DNA of 53,412 nt from Nitrospirota bacterium (lineage in GTDB: Bacteria; Nitrospirota; JAOUDF01), in NCBI GenBank assembly GCA_029859385.1, contig JAOUDF010000001.1:1-53412 (forward strand), given 5' to 3'. The translations under genes were made by a program, and so were the position numbers. The notes beneath the pieces are model-generated. The model was not told the origin of the DNA, did not search any database, and worked only from the letters and a program-made list of their open reading frames with translations. Below, piece after piece: positions 44,204 through 52,276 of the stretch (position 1 is the first letter of the stretch; each line of letters begins with the position of its first letter).

Positions 44204-47200
44204 ATGCTCCAACGCTCAGCATTCCGGAAGTCCCTGCTTGTAACTGTCTCATCATTCGTTCTTCTGGCATCGACCGCTTTCGCCGACGTAGCACCCGTAA
44301 CCGTCTCTTCCGTCCAGTCCTCCGCCAACACCGGCGCGGCGGCCACCAGCATACCCATCGACGTGCCTCCGGGGCGCAAAGGCATTCAGCCGAATCTCGC
44401 GCTTACCTATAATTCCAACAGCCCCAACGGCTGGCTTGGGGTGGGGTGGAGCCTCGACATGGGCGCCATTCAGCGGTCCACCAAGCGGGGGGTCAGCTAT
44501 AGCGCTAACGACTATGTTTTTACCTCGGGCGGTGGTTCGTCTGAACTTGTGGCGCGTGGGGATTGGGGCAGCAACTACTACGGCGCGAAGAGCGAAGGGG
44601 CGTTTTCGAAATACTATTACGATTCATCCACCGGCGGCTGGGTCGTTACCACCAAAGACGGCACCAAGTACTACTACGGCACGACCGCTGCGTCACGGCA
44701 GGACAGCGCGCTTGGCGTGTTCAAGTGGAGCCTCGACAAGGTGGTGGATACCAACGGCAACTACATGACGGTGAGTTACTGGAAGGACCAGGGGGAGATA
44801 TACCTCGACCGGATTGATTACACGGGGAATGGTGGGGTAAGCCCGACGAATTATGTGAAGTTTTATCGAGAGGCGAGGACTGATGCGCCAGCCATGTATG
44901 GAAGTGGCTCTAGCGTCAAAACTGCCTATCGCTTGAAGACAATTGATATTGTGGCGAGTGGAAGCAGGGTACACGTCACTACGTTGTCATATGTAAATAG
45001 CGGGACATCAAATGTTTCTCTCCTGCTTGGTGTGCAGCATTTCGGTGAAGATGCAACAATAGATGCAGGCGGTACGGTAACAAGTGGTTCTTCCTTGCCG
45101 GCGACAAGCGTTGCAAATCACACCGCTGTCAATGGTTCATACACTGGTTGGAAGTTTCCCTATATTCTCAGGTCGGTCTGCTCGCCATATGTGGGGGATT
45201 TTAATGGTGATGGTAAAGCTGATGTATTAAGAGCGTGTGATGATCCTAATGATAACTATGTATTCCTCTCAACTGGCACTGGCATTACACCCGGCTGGCC
45301 GTTTAATTATAATCTTCGGGCGTCCAGCGTGCCTTATCTAGGTGATTTTAACGGTGATGGGAAAACTGATGTTCTAAGGGTCCATGACAATCCGGCATAC
45401 AACTATGTGTTTCTTTCGACAGGCAGCGGGTTTGATCTCACGCTCAACTGGCCGTTTAATTATAATTTGAAAACAGGCTGTGAAGGTCGCCTGGGTGATT
45501 TCAACGGAGACGGTAAGACAGATGTGCTGCGGGCTTGCGACAATGCAGCTTCAAATTATGTATTTTTGTCCACAGGCAGCAGCTTTGTTGAAGGCTGGCC
45601 GTTTGGCTATAATCTTCGGGCAGCCAGCGTGCCTTATCTAGGTGATTTTAACGGTGATGGGAAAACTGATGTTCTAAGGGTGCATGACAATCCTGCGTAC
45701 AATTATGTGTTTCTTTCAACGGGCAGCGGGTTCGATCTCACGCTCAACTGGCCGTTTAATTATAATATGAAAACAGGCTGTGAAGGTCATTTGGGTGATT
45801 TCAACGGAGACGGCAAGACGGATGTGCTCAGGGCTTGCGACAATGCAGCTTCAAATTATGTATTTTTGTCCTCGGGCAGCCGCTTTATTGAAGGCTGGCC
45901 GTTTAATTATAATCTTCGGGCGTCCAGCGTGCCGTACCTGGGTGACTTCAACGGAGATGGAAAGACGGATGTTTTGCGTGCACATGACAATCCTGCATAC
46001 AACTATGTGTTTCTTTCAACGGGCAACGGGTTTGATCTTTCGCTCAATTGGTCGTTCAATCGTGATATTAAAACAACCTGTCTTCCGTATTTAGGTGATT
46101 TCAATGGTGAGGGTAAGGTTGATGTACTTAGGGCTTGCGCTAATGCATGGTTGAATGATGTCTGGTTGTCAACACCATCTGTAACAGACTTAATCTCCAC
46201 CCTCACCAACGGCCAAGGCGCCACCACCACCATCACCTATAAGCCTTCATCGTCCTACACCAACGGCCTGCTCCCCTTCATCGTCCAGACCGTGCAATCC
46301 ATCGCTGTCAACGACGGCAACGGCAACACCTCCACCACCAACTACACCTATTCCGGCGGCCAGTACGACCCCACCGACCGCGAGTTCCGCGGCTTCAGTT
46401 ACGTAAAGGCCACCGCGCCCAACGGCGCCACCACCGAGACCTGGTTCAAGCAGGACGCAGTATACAAGGGGCTGCCCTACGACCAGATCGTCAAGGACTC
46501 ATCGGGCAACACCTACAGCCGCACGGTGAACAGCTATCTCTCAACCACGCCCTACACCGGCGTCAGTTTCCCGTATCTTTCCCAGCGTGATGACTACGTT
46601 TACGACGGCGGCACGACCTACAAGCGCCTCACCACCGGCTTCACCTACGACAGCTACGGCAACCTCACCCGCAAGTACCACTACGGCGATGCGGCCGTAT
46701 CCGGCGACGAGCGGGACGAGAACACCGAGTATAGCTACGACACCGCCAACTGGATCGTCTCACTACCCAGCCACAGCTGGGTGCTCGACTCCGGCGGGGT
46801 AAAGAAGGCCGAAGGCTGGTTTGCCTATGATGTAAAAGGCAACCTCCTCACCGAGACCCGCTGGTTAAGCGGCGGCGCCAATCCGGTGACCACCTACACC
46901 TACGACAGCTACGGCAACCGCGCAACGGTGAAGGACGCCAAAAACAATACCACCACCATCGCCTACGACACCGTTGCCCAGACCTACCCTGTAACCATCA
47001 CCAATGCCCTGGGGCATTCGGCCACCAAGACCTATGATTACCGCTACGGCAAGCCCCTCACCGAGACCGACGCCAACGGCAACAGCACGTCGTACACCTA
47101 CGACGTCTTCGGCCGGGCAACCAGGGTCACCGGCCCGCTGGATTCCGGCTCCACCTACGGTACCGTGACTTACTCCTACGATAACTTCGGCACCGTCGGC

Positions 47201-49912
47201 AGCCAGAGGGTAACCACCTACGCCACCGAGCAGAGCGGAACATCAAACGTCATCTGGAGCGAGAGCTACTTCGACGGCCTCGGCCGCACCTTCAAGACCC
47301 GCAAAGAAGGCCCCGACAGCAAGGTAATCGTAAGCCAGAATACCTTTGACCAGCGCGGCCTCGTCACCGCCAAGTCGCTGCCCTACTTCGAAGGGCAGGA
47401 GACCGCCCGCTGGACCACCTTTACCTACGACGCCGTAGGCCGGGCAACCCGGGCCACCAATCCCGACGCCACCTATGCCACCACCGCCTACGACAAAGGC
47501 CGCACCACCATCATCAACGCCAACGGTCAGCAGAAGGTGGAAGAGAAAGACGTCTACGGCAGGCTGGTAAAGGTGGAGGAGTATAACGGCGGCTCGCTCT
47601 ACGCCACCACCAATTACCAGTACGACGTAATGGGTAACCTCAGAGGCACCACCGACGCCAAGGGCAACCAGAGCGTCATCAACTACGACACCCTGGGCAG
47701 AAAGACCTCCATGAACGACCCCGACATGGGAAGCTGGACCTACGCCTACGATGCCAACGGCAACCTCACCACCCAGACCGACGCCAAGGGCCAGACCATC
47801 ACCTTTGCCTACGACGCGCTCAATCGCATAACCCTTAAGGATTACCCCGCCGGGGCCGGTACCGACGCCGTCTACACCTACGACGAAACCACCTCCACCA
47901 ACGGCAAGGGCAGGCTCACCACCCTCACCGACGCATCCGGAACCAGCAAGTACTGGTACGACGCCATGGGCCGGGCCACCAAAAGCACCCGCACCATCGA
48001 CAGCGTAGCCTACACCACCGAGACCACCTACGACGCCCTGTCGCGCATCACCAGCGTCAAGTACCCCGACAACGAGACCGTCACCTACAGCTACGACACC
48101 GGCGGCAACCTCTCACAGATAGGGAGCTACGGCACCTACGCAGGCTACAACGCCCTCGGCCAGGCAAGCACCATCACCTACGCCAACGGCGTCACCACCA
48201 CCTACCAGTATCTCAGCACCAACAACCGACTCTACAGCATCACCACGGGCATCGGTACCCGGGGGCTCATGAACACCAGCTACGCTTACGACAACGTCGG
48301 CAACATCCTCGGCATCACCGACTACCTCGACAGCGGCAGAAACCAGACCTTCGGCTACGACCACCTCAACCGCCTCACCCAGGCCGCCAGCACCGCCTAC
48401 GGCACGCTAAGCTATGGGTATAACGAGATCGGCAACATGACCGCCAAGGAAGGGGTAATCTACACCTATCCCGCAAACGGCAGCGCCCGGCCCCACGCCG
48501 TCACCGCCACCTCCGACGGCAAGAGCTACGCCTACGACAACAACGGCAACATGACCACCGACGGCCTGCGGACCATCGCCTACGACTACGACAACATGCC
48601 GTCGTCCGTAACCCTTGGCGCAACCACCACCAGCTTCGTCTACGACGCCTCGGGCCAGCGGGTAAAGAAGATCACGCCGACCGCCACCACCGTCTACGTC
48701 GGCAAGCTCTACGAGTGCGTGGGTACAAGCTGCACCAAGTACATAATGGCAAACGGCAACAAGCTGGCGTGGAAGAACAGCGCGGGCACCTTCTACTACC
48801 ATCAGGACCACCTGGGCTCCAGCCGGGTCATCACCGACGCCAGCGGCACCAAGGCCGAGGAGATCACCTACCTGCCCTACGGCGCCACCCTCACCGACAG
48901 CGGCAACGGCACGGTATCGGTGGAGCACCGCTTCACCTCGCAGGCGTACGATGCCGAGACGGGGCTTTACTACTACAATGCGAGGTACTACAATCCGGGG
49001 CTGGGGAGGTTTGTGAGTGCGGATAGTATTGTGCCCGACCCTGAAGACCCGCAGGCGTTTAACCGGTACAGCTATACGCTGAACAACCCGGTGATTTATA
49101 CTGATCCGACGGGGAATGCGACTGAGTTCTACGCGACGGTTTCGCAGACAGCTTATAGTGGTTCGAGTATCTCGATCAGTTCAAGCTCGTCTTGGTTCTA
49201 TACCCCGAGCTTTTACAGGCCTGCACCGGCACCTGCAACGAAGCCAGCCCCAAAACCAGCACCAGCGCCTGCGCGGAGCAGTAACGTTGCAAGCACTGTC
49301 GGGAACAGCTATAGTAATTTCTCTCTGCCGACGCCGGTTGTAAATTCGATAAGCGGCCTTGTAAATAATGTGCTCATTCCTGTCGGGAGCGCGGTTATTC
49401 CGGGCTGGGGCGCCTATGACGAGTTTTCGGAAGGCAATTACCTTTATGGCCTGTTCTCCCTTGGAACAGATCTGCCTATATTTAAGCCGGCAAAGTGGCT
49501 AGTAAAAGGTGCAGGTGCTGTCGGGGATGCAATAAAGGGCGCAAATAGGTTTGCGACTCGGCCAGGTGAGGCCGTATTCTGGTCAGGCATTCGGAATGGT
49601 GATGTAGCCGCTTCAAAATGGGTTGCTCAACACGGAGGCGCAACCCTTGAGACAACAGTGGCTGCTCGCGGAATCGAATTACCCGTTTGGGATCCGAGTA
49701 GTCCAACGGTAGTTGACGCTTGGCGACAGGCGTCTAAGACCTTTGCGACTGGGGCGAGTGGGAATGTACGCGTCCTACAGACAGATTATGTCCGCATAAA
49801 TTCGGCGTGGGCAGAGGTTGAGTTTCCTGCGCTTAAAGCCAATCCGAACGTGACCTCAATTAGAGCGGTAAACCCGGAGACCGGCGTGGAGACGTTGTTA
49901 TGGTCGAAGTAA
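44204..49912 (+). CDS. Sec-signal SpvB-N / FG-GAP beta-propeller / TcdB-mid / RHS-repeat polymorphic toxin (Tc-toxin B-C fusion-like) with divergent C-terminal cargo
   Basis: Signal peptide MLQRSAFRKSLLVTVSSFVLLASTAFA|DV. SpvB-type GIQPNLALTYNSNSPNGWLGVGWSLDMGAIQRS. Seven GDFNGDGKTDVLR blades. TcdB-mid type YSGGQYDPTDREFRGFSYV. Dozens of YD repeats (YTYDSYGN, YAYDANGNLT). RHS core ARYYNPGLGRFVSADS...NPVIYTDPTGN. Confidence 0.93.
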   Translation: MLQRSAFRKSLLVTVSSFVLLASTAFADVAPVTVSSVQSSANTGAAATSIPIDVPPGRKGIQPNLALTYNSNSPNGWLGVGWSLDMGAIQRSTKRGVSYSANDYVFTSGGGSSELVARGDWGSNYYGAKSEGAFSKYYYDSSTGGWVVTTKDGTKYYYGTTAASRQDSALGVFKWSLDKVVDTNGNYMTVSYWKDQGEIYLDRIDYTGNGGVSPTNYVKFYREARTDAPAMYGSGSSVKTAYRLKTIDIVASGSRVHVTTLSYVNSGTSNVSLLLGVQHFGEDATIDAGGTVTSGSSLPATSVANHTAVNGSYTGWKFPYILRSVCSPYVGDFNGDGKADVLRACDDPNDNYVFLSTGTGITPGWPFNYNLRASSVPYLGDFNGDGKTDVLRVHDNPAYNYVFLSTGSGFDLTLNWPFNYNLKTGCEGRLGDFNGDGKTDVLRACDNAASNYVFLSTGSSFVEGWPFGYNLRAASVPYLGDFNGDGKTDVLRVHDNPAYNYVFLSTGSGFDLTLNWPFNYNMKTGCEGHLGDFNGDGKTDVLRACDNAASNYVFLSSGSRFIEGWPFNYNLRASSVPYLGDFNGDGKTDVLRAHDNPAYNYVFLSTGNGFDLSLNWSFNRDIKTTCLPYLGDFNGEGKVDVLRACANAWLNDVWLSTPSVTDLISTLTNGQGATTTITYKPSSSYTNGLLPFIVQTVQSIAVNDGNGNTSTTNYTYSGGQYDPTDREFRGFSYVKATAPNGATTETWFKQDAVYKGLPYDQIVKDSSGNTYSRTVNSYLSTTPYTGVSFPYLSQRDDYVYDGGTTYKRLTTGFTYDSYGNLTRKYHYGDAAVSGDERDENTEYSYDTANWIVSLPSHSWVLDSGGVKKAEGWFAYDVKGNLLTETRWLSGGANPVTTYTYDSYGNRATVKDAKNNTTTIAYDTVAQTYPVTITNALGHSATKTYDYRYGKPLTETDANGNSTSYTYDVFGRATRVTGPLDSGSTYGTVTYSYDNFGTVGSQRVTTYATEQSGTSNVIWSESYFDGLGRTFKTRKEGPDSKVIVSQNTFDQRGLVTAKSLPYFEGQETARWTTFTYDAVGRATRATNPDATYATTAYDKGRTTIINANGQQKVEEKDVYGRLVKVEEYNGGSLYATTNYQYDVMGNLRGTTDAKGNQSVINYDTLGRKTSMNDPDMGSWTYAYDANGNLTTQTDAKGQTITFAYDALNRITLKDYPAGAGTDAVYTYDETTSTNGKGRLTTLTDASGTSKYWYDAMGRATKSTRTIDSVAYTTETTYDALSRITSVKYPDNETVTYSYDTGGNLSQIGSYGTYAGYNALGQASTITYANGVTTTYQYLSTNNRLYSITTGIGTRGLMNTSYAYDNVGNILGITDYLDSGRNQTFGYDHLNRLTQAASTAYGTLSYGYNEIGNMTAKEGVIYTYPANGSARPHAVTATSDGKSYAYDNNGNMTTDGLRTIAYDYDNMPSSVTLGATTTSFVYDASGQRVKKITPTATTVYVGKLYECVGTSCTKYIMANGNKLAWKNSAGTFYYHQDHLGSSRVITDASGTKAEEITYLPYGATLTDSGNGTVSVEHRFTSQAYDAETGLYYYNARYYNPGLGRFVSADSIVPDPEDPQAFNRYSYTLNNPVIYTDPTGNATEFYATVSQTAYSGSSISISSSSSWFYTPSFYRPAPAPATKPAPKPAPAPARSSNVASTVGNSYSNFSLPTPVVNSISGLVNNVLIPVGSAVIPGWGAYDEFSEGNYLYGLFSLGTDLPIFKPAKWLVKGAGAVGDAIKGANRFATRPGEAVFWSGIRNGDVAASKWVAQHGGATLETTVAARGIELPVWDPSSPTVVDAWRQASKTFATGASGNVRVLQTDYVRINSAWAEVEFPALKANPNVTSIRAVNPETGVETLLWSK
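45293..46130 (+). repeat. in-frame 300-bp tandem DNA repeat (two propeller blades per unit), about 2.8 units, inside the RHS gene
   Basis: GGCTGGCCGTTT... restarts at 45293, 45593 and 45893 (exact 300-nt period). Units 1 and 2 differ at roughly one position in twelve by eye. The region is visibly more AT-rich than the flanking YD-repeat DNA. Confidence 0.85.
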
Positions 49913-50217
49913 ATAGTTTGAAATCACCTCAACTTGTTGAAGCTATCGTCGTTTGGACAGGTTGGGGCAGGGCTCAGATGCCGAGTCGTGATGATGCGCG
50001 GCTGGTAGATCATTTCGGCGCGGATGTTGCGACCAAACTGCTGCCGATAATCAAGGCATTGGAGGACGATTTTTATTCGTCCAACGCGCGATTTATTGCG
50101 AGCGATATTGCGGAAATGGAGAAACTGGCGGCGGCGCAATTTAGGCAGAAACAGCCGGAAGTCGCCGAAGAAATCGTTAAAGCTTTTTCGTGGTGCTATA
50201 CTTTTGACTTCAGGTAG
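49900..50217 (+). CDS. candidate cognate immunity protein of the RHS C-terminal toxin
   Basis: 105-aa ORF whose ATG (49900) overlaps the toxin's last 13 nt. GGAGAC lies ~7 nt upstream. Soluble and helical, with no family recognised. Position is typical of polymorphic-toxin immunity genes. Confidence 0.55.
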   Translation: MVEVNSLKSPQLVEAIVVWTGWGRAQMPSRDDARLVDHFGADVATKLLPIIKALEDDFYSSNARFIASDIAEMEKLAAAQFRQKQPEVAEEIVKAFSWCYTFDFR

Positions 50218-50403
50218 GGGGTGGCTATGGGAGGTCTCTGGGAAGGCTCTGGGGTCACCCATTAGGTGCCCCCTGTCAAGAGCACAAATTACCACTGTAG
50301 CCAGGCAGGAAGTCAATGGGGACGTTGTTACCGAATGACACTAACTCTTGACATCCAGCCAAGGGAGTTGTAGATTCGGCCCATGCCACGCCAAGCCGGC
50401 TCT

Positions 50404-51450
50404 GGGGTCAATTCTTTATTATTGACAAAACCGTCTGCTGAAAGATTTATAGAGCCATGTCCCGTCCCTTGAGAATCCAGTATCCCGGTGCAGTCTATCA
50501 CGTCACCTGCCGCGGCAACGAACGGAAGGACATCTTCCGCGACGACGCCGACCGGGAGCGGTTTGTGTCGCTATTGGAGCAGTCTGCGGAGATATACTCG
50601 GTGACGGTGTACGCCTATGTGCTGATGACGAACCATTTTCATCTGCTGGTGGAGACGCCGCTGGGCAACCTTGGTGAATTCATGCGGCGGTTCAATATCA
50701 GCTATACGGGGTACTTCAACCGTCGGCACGGCCGGGTGGGGCATTTGTACCAGGGGCGCTACACAAGCCTTTTGGTGGACAAGGATGAATACCTGACGAC
50801 GGTGTCGCGGTATATCCATCTGAACCCGGTGCGGACAAAGGTATGGAGCGGCAAGACGGTGGAAGAGAAAGCCTCTTTCCTTGACGGCTACCAATGGAGC
50901 AGCCTGCCGGGGTATTGCGAGAAGAAGAAGCGAGAGAAGTTTATCGATTACGCGCTTGTGCTTGAGCCCTACGGGGGAGACAGTGCCGGCGCCCGACGCC
51001 GGTATCGGGATGCGCTGCTGGGCGAGATATCGTCGCCGCAGGAGTTGAAGAAGCAGGTGGTGGGGCAGAGCATCCTTGGGGGCGATGAGTTTGTCCGCTG
51101 GGTGAAGGAAAAGCTTGGCGATCGGGGCGCCGACCGGGAATGCCCGCCACTGCGGGCGGTGGTGTCATATAACGCACAGGATGAAATACTTGCGGCCGTG
51201 GCGTCGGCGACCGGCAAGACGATAGGGCAGATAAAGTCCGATCGGGGTGTTGTACGTCAGATAGCCATGGAGCTTTTGGCGCGGGTTGGGGGCCTCAAGG
51301 GCAAGGAGATAGGCGAACTCTTGGGGGTTGACTACAGCACGGTAAGCGTGGGGCGAAAGCGGCTGCGGGACACACTAGCGAGCGACAGGGCGGCAAAGCG
51401 GCTTTTGGAGAGGGTTGAGGGGACTTTGTCAATAATAAAGAATTGACCCC
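50404..51450 (+). mobile_element. Y1-transposase unit bracketed by perfect 26-bp inverted repeats (RAYT/REP-like arrangement)
   Basis: GGGGTCAATTCTTTATTATTGACAAA (50404-50429) is the exact reverse complement of TTTGTCAATAATAAAGAATTGACCCC (51425-51450). Each copy is itself a GTCAAT-N8-ATTGAC hairpin. The right copy overlaps the transposase stop codon. Confidence 0.7.
50457..51446 (+). CDS. IS200/RAYT-like HUH (Y1) transposase with C-terminal DnaA-C-like HTH domain
   Basis: YHVTCRGNERKDIF, HUH motif MTNHFHLLVETP, catalytic-Tyr region VSRYIHLNPVR. The C-terminal ILAAVASATGKTIGQIKSD...ELLGVDYSTVSVGRKRL resembles the DnaA domain IV HTH. Confidence 0.8.
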   Translation: MSRPLRIQYPGAVYHVTCRGNERKDIFRDDADRERFVSLLEQSAEIYSVTVYAYVLMTNHFHLLVETPLGNLGEFMRRFNISYTGYFNRRHGRVGHLYQGRYTSLLVDKDEYLTTVSRYIHLNPVRTKVWSGKTVEEKASFLDGYQWSSLPGYCEKKKREKFIDYALVLEPYGGDSAGARRRYRDALLGEISSPQELKKQVVGQSILGGDEFVRWVKEKLGDRGADRECPPLRAVVSYNAQDEILAAVASATGKTIGQIKSDRGVVRQIAMELLARVGGLKGKEIGELLGVDYSTVSVGRKRLRDTLASDRAAKRLLERVEGTLSIIKN

Positions 51451-51535
51451 CCGTGGGGGGCCCCCTATGGAGGACCCCCAGCATAGGGAGTATATTTTAC
51501 TTGCTCCCACTTTGGGAGCATGGTAAGGTTTGCCT

Positions 51536-51829
51536 ATGCGAATTATAGCCCGGAAGGCCTTGAGAGAGTTCTGGTCGCTGCACTCAGACGCCGAGCAGCC
51601 ATTGAGGGCATGGTATGAAGATGCAAGGCATGCTGAATGGGAAACCCCGTCGGACATCAAGGCTGCCTATCGCAATGCCAGTATTGTTGGCAACAACAGG
51701 GTTGTGTTCAATATTAAAGGTAACACTTACCGCCTTGTCGTCGCGGTGAACTATGCTGTGGGTGTGGTTTATATCCGCTTCGTTGGCACGCATCAGGAAT
51801 ACGACAGGATTGACGCTGCGATTGTTTAG
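51536..51829 (+). CDS. higB: type II toxin HigB-family mRNA interferase
   Basis: MRIIARKALREFW...AWYEDARHAEWETPSDIKAAYRNASIVGNNRVVFNIKGNTYRLVVAVNY...VYIRFVGTHQEYDRI is the HigB (toxin-first) family pattern. Confidence 0.8.
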   Translation: MRIIARKALREFWSLHSDAEQPLRAWYEDARHAEWETPSDIKAAYRNASIVGNNRVVFNIKGNTYRLVVAVNYAVGVVYIRFVGTHQEYDRIDAAIV

Positions 51830-51843
51830 GATGGAGAAACAAG

Positions 51844-52218
51844 ATGCTGAAAATTAAACCAATCAGGACTTCAAAGGACCATGAGGCGGCGCTTGCCGAG
51901 ATTGATCGGCTGTTTAGCGCTACGCCGGGCACACCGGACGGAGATCGTCTGGAGATACTGATAACGCTGGTTGAGGCCTATGAGGAGAAGAACCAGCCTG
52001 TTCTCCCCCCCGATCCTGTCGAAGCAATACTGTACCATATGGAGAGCCGGGGTCTTACAAGAAGCGACCTCGAACCTTATATCGGCAGCAGGGCCAGGGT
52101 CTCGGAGGTGTTAAACCGCAGACGCCCGCTTTCCATTGAAATGATCCGACGCCTGCATCAAGGATTGGGTATCCCACTGGAATCTCTGATTCAGCCGTAT
52201 CAACTGAAGGCGGCGTGA
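51844..52218 (+). CDS. higA: HigA-family antitoxin (C-terminal XRE-type HTH)
   Basis: KPIRTSKDHEAALAEIDRLF...PDGDRLEILITLVEAYEE and the C-terminal HTH LTRSDLEPYIGSRARVSEVLNRRRPLSIEMIRRL. Starts 14 nt after higB. Confidence 0.8.
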   Translation: MLKIKPIRTSKDHEAALAEIDRLFSATPGTPDGDRLEILITLVEAYEEKNQPVLPPDPVEAILYHMESRGLTRSDLEPYIGSRARVSEVLNRRRPLSIEMIRRLHQGLGIPLESLIQPYQLKAA

Positions 52219-52276
52219 CTATCCAGGAAAACTCCACGCCTGAACCTTGTCGTTCATATAGAAAGCCCCTGTTCTA

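Noticed and set aside
44116-44412. 98-aa + strand ORF spanning the RHS leader and start region, and similar short ORFs inside the RHS gene (for example 44436-44768 and 45780-46094).
   Set aside because: They are out of frame with, and overlapped by, the 1902-aa gene, whose domains are continuous. The sequences are Arg/Ser-rich with no motifs.
45293-46130. Regular 300-bp periodic repeats considered as a CRISPR-like array or a DGR template/variable-repeat pair.
   Set aside because: The repeats are contiguous with no spacers, in frame, and encode propeller blades. No reverse transcriptase or cas genes are present in the window. The substitutions between units are not adenine-specific.
45190-46170. 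GDFNGDGKTDVLR repeats considered as dockerin modules that might pair with the secretin's cohesin-like domain.
   Set aside because: The repeats are ~50 aa with a following ..NYVFLSTGSGF.. strand pattern and number seven, which is the FG-GAP/VCBS beta-propeller signature found in TcB proteins. They are not the paired 22-aa EF-hand-like dockerin duplication. The Ca-binding DxDxDG loop similarity is generic.
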